A program made the translations under genes and the position numbers. From NCBI GenBank assembly GCA_944391425.1, contig CALXTO010000003.1:4787-68786 (forward strand): 64,000 nt of DNA. Direction: 5' to 3'. The DNA comes from an uncultured Alphaproteobacteria bacterium. Its GTDB lineage: Bacteria > Pseudomonadota > Alphaproteobacteria > RF32 > CAG-239. Positions 51,539 to 61,941 of the stretch are shown here, piece by piece; the stretch's first letter is position 1; every line of letters starts with the position of its first letter. Below the pieces are notes generated by a model. That model was given only the letters and a program-made list of their open reading frames with translations. It made no database searches and was not told the DNA's origin.

Positions 51539-53359
51539 TTGGCTATGGCTGATATTAAAACGCCGTTTCCGGAAAACAATGTCCGTCTGGAAAAGAAAAC
51601 GGCCGTCCATTTGTTTTTCAGAGCTCTGATTTATGCTTTCGCGATTTTAGGGCTGTTGTGTATTTTGCTGATGTTTACGGTGTTGGGAATTATCCGTCAG
51701 GATGTTTTTGCACCGGGCAGCTTTGTTCCCAAACGAGCTGTATTGCAGATAGATTTTGACGATGCTTTCAGCGAAATTCGCAATGATTCACTGCTTAGCG
51801 AGATGAACAATGTCAATCCTCTGTCGTTTAACGAGTTGCTTATGGTTTTGGAACACGCCGGAATTGATGACAGAGTCCAGGCGATTGCGGCACGAATCAA
51901 TGTATCTAATCTGGGTATGGCGCAGTTGCAGGAATTGTTTAATTCAATTAAGGAGTTTCGGGCCAGGGGAAAGAAAACCTATATTTTCGCACCGGGGTTC
52001 GGCGGTTTGGACGGCGGAATTTCAGAATATTATCTGGCATCGGCTTTTGACGAAATCAGCATGCAGCCCAACAGCGATGCCGGAATTACGGCTATTCGCG
52101 CAGAAGTTCCATTTTTGCGGGGTATGCTGGATAAGTTCGGGATTACGCCCGAATTTTTCAGCCGTTACGAATATAAAACGGCCATGGCATCTTTTACGGA
52201 CAAAAAAGCGTCGGCTTTGTTCAGCAGCGATATGAACCGTTTGATCGGCTTTTTGAATGTGGAACTGGTTTCTGAAATGCTACGGGAACGTTTTCCGCAA
52301 ATGGCAGGAAAAGACATGATGTCCGTTTTGGACCAGGCGCCTTATTCCGCTGAAGAAATGCTGCAGAGAAATTTGATCGACAAGGTGGAGTTTGAAAGTG
52401 ATTGGATTGACCGGATTAAAAGAGAACATCAGGCGGAAACAGTTGACTTAATCGACTATGCCTATGATGTCCGTCAGGGGGGAAAAGGTCCGGTTGTGGC
52501 GGCCGTTATTCTGGAAGGGGCGATAGGTGACGGCGAAAGCGCGGCACCGCTGAGTTCCGAAGCCGTGGTCGGCGCGCGAACGGTTTTACAACAACTGGCG
52601 GAAATTCGCGATAACGAAAATATTAAGGCCGTGATTGTGCGGATTAATTCTCCCGGAGGCAGTTACAGCGCGGCCAATGAAATCTGGTATGCTTTGGAAA
52701 AGCTCAAGAAAGAGCGTAAGATTCCGATAATTGTTTCAATGGGCAATTACGCAGCGTCCGGCGGTTATTTCGTTGCTTTGGCAGGAGACAAAATATTTGC
52801 CGATGTTTCGACGATTACCGGCTCTATCGGTGTGTTAGGCGGCAAATTTGTGCTGGAGGAACTGTGGAAAAAGCTTGGCGTAAACTGGCAGGCATATAAT
52901 GCGACGGATGCCGCGGGCATCGGCAGCATTAATTTTAAGTTCAATCGCCGACAGAAGGAGATATTTAATGAATCTCTCGACCGGGTGTATGCTGATTTTA
53001 CGGCAAAAGTTTCAAAAGCTCGCGGTATTTCTAAACGAGAACTTGATAGATTGGCCAGAGGGCGTGTCTGGACCGGATATGAAGCTCAGGAAAACGGGTT
53101 GATTGACGAAATAGGCGGCTTTAACCAAGCACTGGCGGAAGCCAAGAAACGCGCCGGAATCGGGAGCGAACCCTTTACGTTGGTTTTTTATCCGAAACAG
53201 AAGAGTCTGCAGGAAAAAATCCGCGAGGCACTGAGTGCGTATCCGAGCGTTTCGGCACGGGAGTTGAAAAGCGGATTTGGGCTTGATTTTGAAGAGCTTA
53301 ATGTGTTAAAACGTCTGAAATATGATGCAATGATGACGCCTTTTATTATCAGAATGTGA
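51539..53359 (+). CDS. sppA: signal peptide peptidase SppA (67K type)
   Basis: Tandem ClpP/crotonase-like halves; INSPGGSYSAANEIW serine motif. Confidence 0.8.
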   Translation: MAMADIKTPFPENNVRLEKKTAVHLFFRALIYAFAILGLLCILLMFTVLGIIRQDVFAPGSFVPKRAVLQIDFDDAFSEIRNDSLLSEMNNVNPLSFNELLMVLEHAGIDDRVQAIAARINVSNLGMAQLQELFNSIKEFRARGKKTYIFAPGFGGLDGGISEYYLASAFDEISMQPNSDAGITAIRAEVPFLRGMLDKFGITPEFFSRYEYKTAMASFTDKKASALFSSDMNRLIGFLNVELVSEMLRERFPQMAGKDMMSVLDQAPYSAEEMLQRNLIDKVEFESDWIDRIKREHQAETVDLIDYAYDVRQGGKGPVVAAVILEGAIGDGESAAPLSSEAVVGARTVLQQLAEIRDNENIKAVIVRINSPGGSYSAANEIWYALEKLKKERKIPIIVSMGNYAASGGYFVALAGDKIFADVSTITGSIGVLGGKFVLEELWKKLGVNWQAYNATDAAGIGSINFKFNRRQKEIFNESLDRVYADFTAKVSKARGISKRELDRLARGRVWTGYEAQENGLIDEIGGFNQALAEAKKRAGIGSEPFTLVFYPKQKSLQEKIREALSAYPSVSARELKSGFGLDFEELNVLKRLKYDAMMTPFIIRM

Positions 53360-53367
53360 GGAAAATT

Positions 53368-53655
53368 ATGGCAATAGATACACAAACCGTGAAAAGAATT
53401 GCTTTTTTGTCGCGCTTGCGGGTCGAAGATGATAAAATCGCCGCTGCCGAAGAGGAATTTAATAAAATTCTTGACTGGGTGGAACAATTACAGGAAGTGC
53501 CGACAGATGATGTCGAACCTCTGATTTCGGTTAATGAAAATCACTTGGTTCTGCGCCGGGATGAGGTTACGGAGGGTAATCAGGCCGAAGCCGTTTTGGC
53601 CAATGCGCCAATGAAAGAGTACGGATATTTTGCTGTGCCAAAGGTTGTAGAATAG
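53368..53655 (+). CDS. gatC: Asp-tRNA(Asn)/Glu-tRNA(Gln) amidotransferase subunit C
   Basis: ~95 aa; [14 protein letters not shown]...VPTDDVEPL. Confidence 0.85.
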   Translation: MAIDTQTVKRIAFLSRLRVEDDKIAAAEEEFNKILDWVEQLQEVPTDDVEPLISVNENHLVLRRDEVTEGNQAEAVLANAPMKEYGYFAVPKVVE

Positions 53656-53740
53656 TAAGGAATCCGTTTGGCCTGCGCTGTTCGAAATTTCCGAAAGCCA
53701 TGCCAAAAGTTATTTGCTGATAGAGATGGAAAATAGAATG

Positions 53741-55195
53741 ACTGAATTAACAAAGTTGACAATTGCGGAGGCTCGCGAGGGCTTAAAGAACAAAGAATTT
53801 ACAGCTTCGGAACTGACGGAAGCCTATATTGCCAAAATGAACGAATGCCGGAAATTGAACGCTTTTGTGTGCGAAACACCGGAAAAAGCTTTGGAACGGG
53901 CGGCTGTCAGCCAGGAAAAAATTGCCAGAGGCGAGGGCGGAGATCTTGAAGGCATTCCGCTGGGCATTAAAGATTTGTTTTGTACCGCGGGTATTGCGAC
54001 AACAGCTTGTTCCAACATCCTTAAGGGTTTTGTTCCGCCTTATGAGTCAACGGTAACTTCCAAGCTGCTGGCGGCGGGAGCCAATTTCCTAGGCAAATTG
54101 AATCTGGATGAATTTGCCATGGGCGGCAGTAACGAAACTTCGGCATTCGGTCCGGTGGTTAATCCCTGGAGTAAAGATATTCCCCTTGTCGCCGGCGGGT
54201 CTTCGGGTGGTTCGGCCGCTGCGGTAGCTGCCGGAATGTGTGCCGGAGCGACCGGAACCGATACCGGAGGTTCTATCCGTCAGCCGTCGGCATACTGTGG
54301 TGTAACCGGTATTAAGCCGACTTACGGGCGCTGTTCGCGTTACGGCATTATTGCCTTTGCTTCTTCCCTTGATCAGGCCGGACCGATTGCCAAAGATGTC
54401 CGCGATTGCGCGATTATGCTGAAAAATATGGCCGGTTATGATGCCAAGGATGCAACTTCGGCCATAGCCGAAGTTCCGGATTTTGAGAAGGTTTTGGGGG
54501 CTGATATCAAAGGCATGCGCATTGGTATTCCGCAAGAGTACCGTGTCGAAGGTTTGGACAAGGAAGTTGCGGCTTATTGGGATAAAGCCGCGGAGATATT
54601 AAAATCACGGGGTGCGGAAATTGTCGACATTTCTCTGCCGCATACCAAATATGCGCTGGCAACTTATTATATTATTGCACCTGCGGAAGCTTCGTCGAAT
54701 CTGGCGCGTTATGACGGTCTGCGTTACGGTAATCGCGTTGAAGGTACGCATTTGGACGATATGTACATCAATTCGCGCACGGCGGGTTTTGGCAGAGAGG
54801 TCAAACGCCGGATTATGATCGGTACTTATGTGCTGTCGGCCGGATATTATGATGCCTATTACCTTAAGGCGCAAAAGGTGCGTCGCCTTATCCGGGATGA
54901 TTTTGTCAAAGCGTTTGAAAAATGCGATTTGATTTTGACGCCGACAGCGCCGACGGCAGCTTTTCCGATCGGTGATAAGTCGATGCAGGAAAATCCGATT
55001 ACCATGTGGCTGAACGACATCTTTACGGTTTCGGTTTCTTTGGCTGGCTTGCCGGGGCTGAGTTTGCCGATTGGTTTAAATGCGAACGGCCTGCCGTTGG
55101 GAATGCAGCTGATTGGCAGGGCTTTTGACGAGGAAAATGTTTTCAAGGCGGCTTTCGCTCTGGAAAAAGATGCCGCTTTCAGAGGAGTGAAATAA
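53741..55195 (+). CDS. gatA: amidotransferase subunit A (amidase signature)
   Basis: [14 protein letters not shown] amidase signature and the Ser-cisSer-Lys triad. The start is ambiguous between 53714, 53726 and 53741. Confidence 0.9.
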   Translation, partial: TELTKLTIAEAREGLKNKEFTASELTEAYIAKMNECRKLNAFVCETPEKALERAAVSQEKIARGEGGDLEGIPLGIKDLFCTAGIATTACSNILKGFVPPYESTVTSKLLAAGANFLGKLNLDEFAMGGSNETSAFGPVVNPWSKDIPLVAGGSSGGSAAAVAAGMCAGATGTDTGGSIRQPSAYCGVTGIKPTYGRCSRYGIIAFASSLDQAGPIAKDVRDCAIMLKNMAGYDAKDATSAIAEVPDFEKVLGADIKGMRIGIPQEYRVEGLDKEVAAYWDKAAEILKSRGAEIVDISLPHTKYALATYYIIAPAEASSNLARYDGLRYGNRVEGTHLDDMYINSRTAGFGREVKRRIMIGTYVLSAGYYDAYYLKAQKVRRLIRDDFVKAFEKCDLILTPTAPTAAFPIGDKSMQENPITMWLNDIFTVSVSLAGLPGLSLPIGLNANGLPLGMQLIGRAFDEENVFKAAFALEKDAAFRGVK

Positions 55196-55196
55196 G

Positions 55197-56660
55197 ATGA
55201 CGGGGATGATTATTAAAGGCAAAAGCGGCGATTGGGAAGTTATTTGCGGTTTGGAAATCCATTGTCAGATTATTTCTAAGTCCAAAATGTTTTCAGGTGC
55301 TTCAACGCATTATGGCTCAGACGCCAACGAAAATGTTTCGTTTGTTGATGCCGGAATGCCCGGAATGTTGCCGACGCTGAATGAGCAGTGCGTGCGTCAG
55401 GCTGTGAAAACCGGGTTGGGGCTAAATGCACAAATCAACAAATATTCGGAGTTTGCGCGCAAAAATTATTTTTATGCCGATCTGCCGCAGGGATATCAGA
55501 TCAGCCAGTTTAAATATCCGATTGTCGGCGAAGGCTATGTGGAAATTGATCTTGAGGACGGCAGCAGCAAAAAAATCGGCATTGAGCGGCTGCATATTGA
55601 ACAAGATGCCGGAAAATCCATTCATGACATTTCTCCGACCAAAACGTTTATTGATTTGAACCGTGCCGGAGTCGGACTGATGGAAATTGTTACCAAGCCG
55701 GATTTCCGGTCGCCGGAGGAAGCCGGAGCGTTTTTGCGCAAACTGCGTTCGATCGTGCGTTATTTGGGAACTTGCGATGGTAATATGGACGAAGGGTCAA
55801 TGCGCTGCGATGTAAATGTGTCGGTACGCAAAGTCGGAGAAGAAGGTTATCGTACCCGCAATGAGATGAAAAACGTCAATTCGGTCAAGTTTGTGATGCA
55901 GGCGATTGAATATGAAGCGCGCCGTCACGTTGAAACCTATGAAAACGGCGGTATGATTGAGCAAGAAACGCGCCTGTTTGATCCGCTTAAAGGCGAAACC
56001 AGGGTCATGCGCAAGAAAGAATTTGCGCATGATTACCGTTATTTTCCGGAACCGGATTTGTTGCCGTTGGTTTTAGACGATGCCTTTATTGAGGAAGTTA
56101 AAAGTGAAATGGTGGAATTGCCGGACGCCAAGCGTCGCCGTTTTGTAGCCGAATTGGGACTGACTCCTTATGATGCCTCGGTTTTGTGTGAAGCCCGTGA
56201 AACGGCCGAGTGGTTTGAAAAAGCGGCCAAAGGGCATGATGCCAAAAAAGTGGCTAACTGGATGATGGGTGATTTCTTTGCCATGTTGAACGAAAAGAAA
56301 ATCAGTATTGAAGAAAGCCCGATTACTCCGGAGAATCTTGGTAAGCTGGTTGATCTGATTACTTCCAACGTGATTAACGGCAAAACGGCCAAAGACGTGT
56401 TTGCGATTATGGCGGAAAGCGGCGAATCTCCCGATAAAATTGTGGAGGAACGCGGCTTGAAACAAGTGACTGACAGCGGTGAAATTGAGAAAATCATTGA
56501 TGCCGTGATTGCTGCCAACCCGGACAATGTGGCAGCGTATCGTGCCGGAAAGGTTGCCTTGGCGGGATGGTTCGTCGGGCAGGTAATGAAAGAATCAAAA
56601 GGCAAAGCCAACCCGGGGATGGTCAATCAGTTGCTGAAAACCAAATTGGACGGAAAATAG
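55197..56660 (+). CDS. gatB: amidotransferase subunit B
   Basis: Conserved GatB core with a C-terminal YqeY-like tail. Confidence 0.9.
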   Translation: MTGMIIKGKSGDWEVICGLEIHCQIISKSKMFSGASTHYGSDANENVSFVDAGMPGMLPTLNEQCVRQAVKTGLGLNAQINKYSEFARKNYFYADLPQGYQISQFKYPIVGEGYVEIDLEDGSSKKIGIERLHIEQDAGKSIHDISPTKTFIDLNRAGVGLMEIVTKPDFRSPEEAGAFLRKLRSIVRYLGTCDGNMDEGSMRCDVNVSVRKVGEEGYRTRNEMKNVNSVKFVMQAIEYEARRHVETYENGGMIEQETRLFDPLKGETRVMRKKEFAHDYRYFPEPDLLPLVLDDAFIEEVKSEMVELPDAKRRRFVAELGLTPYDASVLCEARETAEWFEKAAKGHDAKKVANWMMGDFFAMLNEKKISIEESPITPENLGKLVDLITSNVINGKTAKDVFAIMAESGESPDKIVEERGLKQVTDSGEIEKIIDAVIAANPDNVAAYRAGKVALAGWFVGQVMKESKGKANPGMVNQLLKTKLDGK

Positions 56661-56720
56661 CCGTCTTTTTAGAAAAGTCTGTCTGTATGCTAAAGCCCCT
56701 CGTTTGAGGGGCTTGTTTTT
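56648..56720 (+). terminator. tandem terminator hairpins after gatCAB
   Basis: gacgg-aaaatag-ccgtc+ttttt, then agcccctc-gttt-gaggggct+tgtttttt. Confidence 0.65.
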
Positions 56721-57424
56721 TACATCGGTGCCGGAACCGGGAGTTTGGGTGCCGCGGCCGTATCTGCCGGTAAGGGGCCTTTCATCGGCGGGTTTTCCAT
56801 AGGACCTTTCATGGGCGGATTAGCCATCGGGCCTTTCATCGGCGGGTTCTCCATGGGACCTTTCATGGGTTGCATATCCAATGTCGGAACGGGAATATCC
56901 CCCTGCGGAGCAGCAGCGTTTTGTGCCGGTGCGGGTAAGGCAGCGCCGTCCGGTCCCGGTGTGCGGATGTCAACCATGCCGTTCAGGAGCATATGGGTAA
57001 CTTTGTCGCCGACTTTAATGCCATGGCGGTTGACTTGTCCGGCGTTCAACTCAATAACGGCACGGACGGGGTCGCGGGAGATGATCAGTTCTTCGGACAT
57101 AGGCACGGCGTTTTCTCTGATAAGGCTGATTGTGGCATCGGGCGCAACAAAAATCATGTCCAGCGGAATTTTGGTGTTTTTCATCCACATGGCAGTAGGA
57201 CGAACCGGATAAATATTAAAAATCATGCCGGAGTTAAAACCCAGTGTGTCGCGATTCATCAGTCCGGTTTTAAGCTCTTCGGGCGTTTTGGCAACTTCTA
57301 CCATAAAACGGATGTCGCCGTTTTCAGTTTTGATAATCAGAGGGGTGGTCGGTTGAGGTTCGGGCTCTTTGGAGCAGCCGACGACCAGCAATGCCAGAAA
57401 CAAAAGCTTGGCAAATTTAAGCAT
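56720..57424 (-). CDS. DUF192-family lipoprotein with a C-terminal PMKGPMENP tandem-repeat tail
   Basis: Lipobox LLVVGCS; DUF192-like core (GLMNRDTL...GMIF...MWMKNTKIPLDMIF), then four 9-aa repeats and a Pro/Ala tail. Confidence 0.6.
   Translation of the reverse strand: MLKFAKLLFLALLVVGCSKEPEPQPTTPLIIKTENGDIRFMVEVAKTPEELKTGLMNRDTLGFNSGMIFNIYPVRPTAMWMKNTKIPLDMIFVAPDATISLIRENAVPMSEELIISRDPVRAVIELNAGQVNRHGIKVGDKVTHMLLNGMVDIRTPGPDGAALPAPAQNAAAPQGDIPVPTLDMQPMKGPMENPPMKGPMANPPMKGPMENPPMKGPLPADTAAAPKLPVPAPM
56772..56880. repeat. 27-bp tandem repeat, about four copies, coding
   Basis: Units of the form gg(a/g)cctttcat(c/g)ggcgg(g/a)tt(n)(n)ccat(n), encoding PMKGPMENP. Confidence 0.7.
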
Positions 57425-57983
57425 GTTTATTCTCCTTGGTTTGCGCAGAGCCGATTTTGCGGGGTTGCCATTTGGATACTAACACCGGTCCGTTCTGCGA
57501 AATTAAGATTTTTTTTGAAGTATTGCTGCCGGCTTTTTGCAAAGCGGCGGGGTTGATGCTGCCGCGAAATCTGGTGGCCATTTCTTCAAGTGGCACCAGA
57601 TTTTTTTTGCCGGCACGGTAATTTTTGACGTAACTGTCGGAATTTTTGATAAACCGGGAAAGTTCGCTGATGCTCATCGGTGCATATTTCTGCCAAATTA
57701 CTTCCAAAAAAGAGTTGAGAGAGTCGGTCAAATGTGTTTTCGGCATCAACGGCATGCCAAAGGCGAGAATCCGGCTGAGATTCGGTTCGCTGAAACCTCG
57801 GTCGTCGCAAATGAAAATGCCCGGAATCAGATATGCAAAATCGTTATTGAGGGCATAGTGAACCTGCGCCAGGAACAGCAGATGCTGCAGTTTGTCGTTT
57901 TCCAGATACAGCCCGTCGCGTTCGGCTCGTTTGAAAAACCAGTCGGCCGCTTCCAAGGCGGAGTTTATGGCGGGTGAGGACAT
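57417..57983 (-). CDS. hypothetical protein, possibly Panacea/DUF4065-like
   Basis: NDKLQHLLFLAQVHYAL...F...GFSEP loosely matches the Panacea-domain N-terminal pattern KLQKLLY.AQ. Overlaps the downstream DUF192 gene by 8 nt. Confidence 0.35.
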   Translation of the reverse strand: MSSPAINSALEAADWFFKRAERDGLYLENDKLQHLLFLAQVHYALNNDFAYLIPGIFICDDRGFSEPNLSRILAFGMPLMPKTHLTDSLNSFLEVIWQKYAPMSISELSRFIKNSDSYVKNYRAGKKNLVPLEEMATRFRGSINPAALQKAGSNTSKKILISQNGPVLVSKWQPRKIGSAQTKENKHA

Positions 57984-58166
57984 GTTTTTCCCTCCGGCAG
58001 TTATTGTGGTTTGATTATAATATATGCGTTTTGAATTACAAATAAATATTGCAAGATAATCACGGCTAAATTAATTTGCTTAAAAGTCGGTTTTTGCTCT
58101 TGTGTTATCTGTATTAATAAGGTATCTTTTGTGCGAATGAATTGTTTACTGAACAGGGAAATATCA

Positions 58167-58913
58167 ATGTTTTTGCTTAAAAAAATGACAGTTTGGTGCG
58201 GAATCTGCGCCGCGGTGCTGGCTTTGAACGCCTGTGCCAGTGCGGTTTTTCCCGATTTTGAAGATGATGGCGAAATTATGGTCAGCGAAGGTGGGCGTAT
58301 TGTGCGCAAGATACCCAAGGAGGGATCTTCTCTGAGGGCAGATACCGAAAATGCCGCCTATGAAGAGGACGATGAAGACCTAAATGACAGCGTTGAGGAG
58401 ATTGTTGCTGAGGAAGAGGTAGAAGCAGCAAAAAGCACGCCTGTTGCTGTTGATGAAATCGGAGAAGAGCCGATGGATGAAGACGAAGAACAACAGGAAG
58501 CGGAGGCGACTCCCGATGTTGATGCCCTGATCGGCGTGCAGGCTGTCGGCCCCAGCGTCAGTTATCGCTTGGACACGTTTTATTTTGACAACGGCAGCGC
58601 TGTTTTGAGCGGAAAATACAATGCCAGCCTGCGTAAAATTGTCAGAGAAGCAAAAGCTAACAACGCTTCCGTAATCGTTTACGGACATTCTTCAAGCCGC
58701 ACCCGCAATACGGATCCGGCATCGCATAAACTGGCAAATTTCAAAATCTCGCTGGAAAGAGCGCAGAGCGTTGCCGCTGCTTTGCGTCGCGCCGGAATGC
58801 CTGCGGACAAGATTGTGGTTGAGGCTTTGTCGGACAGCGCGCCCGCTTATCAGGAAGTTATGCCCGAGGGTGAACGCCTGAACCGCCGGGCCGAAGTTTA
58901 TATCGCTTATTAA
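58167..58913 (+). CDS. OmpA-family peptidoglycan-associated lipoprotein-like protein
   Basis: Lipobox LALNACAS, acidic linker and a C-terminal OmpA-C domain (FDNGSAVL...NRRAEVYI). Confidence 0.75.
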   Translation: MFLLKKMTVWCGICAAVLALNACASAVFPDFEDDGEIMVSEGGRIVRKIPKEGSSLRADTENAAYEEDDEDLNDSVEEIVAEEEVEAAKSTPVAVDEIGEEPMDEDEEQQEAEATPDVDALIGVQAVGPSVSYRLDTFYFDNGSAVLSGKYNASLRKIVREAKANNASVIVYGHSSSRTRNTDPASHKLANFKISLERAQSVAAALRRAGMPADKIVVEALSDSAPAYQEVMPEGERLNRRAEVYIAY

Positions 58914-58990
58914 ACCAATTGGCGGAACGGAGTGATGAACCGGCCGGAACAGGGGCAGGGGAGTCGCTCCGTTTTTTTTGAAAGGAAAAT

Positions 58991-60763
58991 GTGTTGAACG
59001 CCGGAGCAGCAGAAGATAAGTCAATCGGCGGTAATTTGTGGAAAATTGCCGAAGCGGATGAGCGTGCCGTTGAGCGGTTGGCGCAACAGTTGAAACTGCC
59101 GTATCTGGCGGCGAGAATTTTGCATTTGCGGGGGGTGAGCAGCGAAGAAGCCGAAAATTTTCTGGAACCGAAACTGCAGAATTTGATGCCGGATCCTTTT
59201 GTTTTGAAAGACATGGAAAAAGCGGCCAAACGTATTGCCAGAGCCGTGGTTGAAAAGCAAAAAATCGCAATTATCGGTGATTATGACGTGGATGGTGCAA
59301 CGTCCTCTTCCGTTTTGAGGCTTTTTTTGGAAGCCTGCGGAAATGTACCGGAAGTGCATATTCCGGAACGTGACGAAGGCTACGGGCCGAGCATGAAGGC
59401 CGTTGATGATTTTGATGCCTGGGGCGCGGAGCTGCTGATTACGTCCGACTGCGGCACAACGGCTTTTGAACCTTTGGAATATGCCGGTGAAAAGGGAATG
59501 GACGTCGTGGTGCTGGATCATCATGAAGCCGAGACTAAACTTCCGAAGGTTTATGCTTTGGTGAATCCCAAGCGTCTGGATGAAGAAAACGATTATCCTT
59601 ATTTGAAGTATTTAGCGGCCGTGGGAGTCGTCTTTATGACAGTGGCCGCTGTCAACAGGGAGCTGCGAGAGCAAGGGTATTTCGGTGCGGATCATCCCGA
59701 GCCGAATTTACTGCAATGGCTGGATCTGGTGGCTTTGGGAACCGTTTGCGATGTTGTCCCTTTAAAAGGGTTGAATCGGGCTTATGTCAGACAAGGACTC
59801 AAAATTATGGGGCGGCGGCAAAACCCGGGTTTGACGGCGTTGATTGCCAAGTCAGGCATCAATGACGCCCCGACAGCTTTTCATTTGGGATATGTATTGG
59901 GGCCGAGAATCAATGCCTGCGGCCGGGTCGGAGATTCTTCCATGGGGAGCAGGCTCTTGTGTTGCGGAAATGATTATCAGGCTCAGCTTTTGGCCGATAA
60001 ATTGAATGAATATAATGTTGAGCGGAAAGATATTGAAAATTATGTTTTGTTGGCCGCAATGGAAATCCTGGAAGGGACGCCACAAGCTTATCCGATTGCT
60101 TTCGTTTACGGAAAAGACTGGCATCAGGGCGTTATCGGCATTGTGGCGGGCAAACTGAAAGAGCGTTATAACCAGCCGGCGTTTGTGATGTCGGTGGAGG
60201 CCGATGAAGTCAAGGGATCTGCCCGTTCCATTCCTCAGGTGGATTTGGGGGCTTTGATTATTGCCGCCAAAGAAAAAGGGTTGATTACCAAAGGCGGCGG
60301 TCATACCATGGCGGCAGGTTTTTCGTTGACGGAAGATAAACTGGAAGAATTTCGCGCATTTGTCGGAAATTATGTTATTGAAAGAATCGGCGGGGAAGCT
60401 TTGACGCCGGTTGTGGAAATTGATGCCGCGCTTGACGTCGGCGGTGCAACTTTGGAGCTGGCAGAGGCGTTGGAAAAGCTTGAACCCTACGGCGCAGGGA
60501 ATCCGGAACCCAGGCTGGTTTTGAAAAATGTGATGATTTCAAAAGCTTCGTTGGTCGGAATCGGACATGTACGCTGTGTGTTGGTTTCTAAAAACGGTGC
60601 CAGTATCAAAGGAATGGCTTTTCGCGTGGGTGACAACGATATCGGCCATACAATGCTGAACGCCAGAGGAGAGGTTTTTGACGTGGCCGGCGTGTTGCGC
60701 CGGGATACGTGGGGCGGCCGCAATTCCGTCCAGTTTTTGATTGACGACATTAGAAAGTGTTGA
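58991..60763 (+). CDS. recJ: single-stranded-DNA-specific exonuclease RecJ
   Basis: DHH motifs IIGDYDVDGATS and VVLDHH, a DHHA1 domain and a C-terminal OB-like domain. Confidence 0.85.
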   Translation: MLNAGAAEDKSIGGNLWKIAEADERAVERLAQQLKLPYLAARILHLRGVSSEEAENFLEPKLQNLMPDPFVLKDMEKAAKRIARAVVEKQKIAIIGDYDVDGATSSSVLRLFLEACGNVPEVHIPERDEGYGPSMKAVDDFDAWGAELLITSDCGTTAFEPLEYAGEKGMDVVVLDHHEAETKLPKVYALVNPKRLDEENDYPYLKYLAAVGVVFMTVAAVNRELREQGYFGADHPEPNLLQWLDLVALGTVCDVVPLKGLNRAYVRQGLKIMGRRQNPGLTALIAKSGINDAPTAFHLGYVLGPRINACGRVGDSSMGSRLLCCGNDYQAQLLADKLNEYNVERKDIENYVLLAAMEILEGTPQAYPIAFVYGKDWHQGVIGIVAGKLKERYNQPAFVMSVEADEVKGSARSIPQVDLGALIIAAKEKGLITKGGGHTMAAGFSLTEDKLEEFRAFVGNYVIERIGGEALTPVVEIDAALDVGGATLELAEALEKLEPYGAGNPEPRLVLKNVMISKASLVGIGHVRCVLVSKNGASIKGMAFRVGDNDIGHTMLNARGEVFDVAGVLRRDTWGGRNSVQFLIDDIRKC

Positions 60764-60840
60764 CGATGGTTAGCAAAGAAGTAAAAAGACGGGCCTTAAA
60801 CATCAGACGTATCCGTTTGCAGCGGGAAAAAGAAGTATTT

Positions 60841-61464
60841 ATGAAACTGGGGGCTAAGCTCAGGGCTTATCTGTTTACGGGTATTCTGGTGACGGCGCCG
60901 GTAGCCATTACTTTTTATATGGCGTATAAGTTTATTTTATGGGTGGATCGTCTGGTTAACCAGATGATTCCGCCGCAATATAGTTTAGACCAGTATTTGC
61001 CGTTTACTGTTCCGGGATTGGGACTGGTCATTTTGTTGGTGGCGCTGACTTTGGTCGGTATGTTTGCTGCCGGGTTTATGGGAAGGTTTCTTCTTAAGCT
61101 CGGGGAATGGATTGTCTACAAAGTTCCGTTGGTGTCCAGCGTCTATTCTGTTTTAAAACAAGTGTTTGAAACATTTTTTTCAAGTAAAACACAAGCTTTT
61201 AGCAAGGTTGTCATGTTGGAGTATCCGCGTAAGGGAATTTGGATTTTGGGGTTTGTGAGTAGCGACCTGCAAGGCGAAATTAAGCGGAAAACGCCCAAAC
61301 CGATGCTTAACGTCTTTATTCCGACGACGCCGAACCCGACATCCGGTTTTTTGATTTTTGTACCCAAAGAAGATTGTATTGAACTGGATATGAGCGTCGA
61401 GGAGGGGTTGAAGTTCGTTATTTCGGGCGGATTGGTCGAGCCAAAGGGTAAAAAACGCAACTAA
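60841..61464 (+). CDS. DUF502-family membrane protein
   Basis: Two N-terminal TM helices and a conserved C-terminal soluble domain. Alternative start at 60766. Confidence 0.6.
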   Translation: MKLGAKLRAYLFTGILVTAPVAITFYMAYKFILWVDRLVNQMIPPQYSLDQYLPFTVPGLGLVILLVALTLVGMFAAGFMGRFLLKLGEWIVYKVPLVSSVYSVLKQVFETFFSSKTQAFSKVVMLEYPRKGIWILGFVSSDLQGEIKRKTPKPMLNVFIPTTPNPTSGFLIFVPKEDCIELDMSVEEGLKFVISGGLVEPKGKKRN

Positions 61465-61560
61465 TGTTTTTTTCATGCAGATTTTTTGCTTTATTTGTAA
61501 AAAAAGCTTGATTATTTTTTATTTGTGTTTTATTTGTAAGCACAGCTTTGTTGCCAATAC

Positions 61561-61647
61561 GCGGCCATGGCGGAATTGGTAGACGCGCAACCTTGAGGTG
61601 GTTGTGGGAGAACTCCCGTGAAGGTTCAAGTCCTTTTGGCCGCACCA
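61561..61647 (+). tRNA. tRNA-Leu (GAG anticodon), type II with long variable arm
   Basis: Acceptor GCGGCCA/TGGCCGC; anticodon stem caacc/ggttg with loop ttGAGgt; long extra arm tgggagaactcccgtg; T-arm aaggttcaagtccttt; encoded CCA. Confidence 0.85.
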
Positions 61648-61813
61648 TTAGTTTGGTTAATGAGGCTTTTGCTTTATTAGGTAATTAATGTTGCGGAAAG
61701 GACTAGCACGCTTTAGTAAAGTTTGTTTCGCTCAAAGCCAGTTTGGCTCACAAACTTAACTAGTCTGGTATTATTTCGCAAAATTTCCGCATTGGCGGAA
61801 ATTTTCCTCATAA

Positions 61814-61868
61814 TTGGCCGCACCATTAGTTTGTTGATTTGGCTAATGAAGCTTTTATTTTATATGGA
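61814..61868 (+). repeat. direct repeat of the tRNA-Leu 3' end plus downstream flank (19/19 identical, ~45 bp similar)
   Basis: ttggccgcaccattagttt is identical to 61636-61654, and the following ~25 nt are similar. The 160-bp spacer contains inverted repeats (aaatttccgc attg gcggaaattt; agtttgt...acaaact). Confidence 0.6.
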
Positions 61869-61941
61869 GATGCTTGGCATAGTTTTGTTGATTTTGGCCT
61901 CATAAGGGCCTTTTGGTTTTCAGACCGGGGAGGGGTGTATT

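Noticed and set aside
61650-61941. An Mg2+ (M-box) riboswitch upstream of mgtE
   Set aside because: I could not find M-box-like conserved helices. The region is dominated by the tRNA-Leu 3' repeat.
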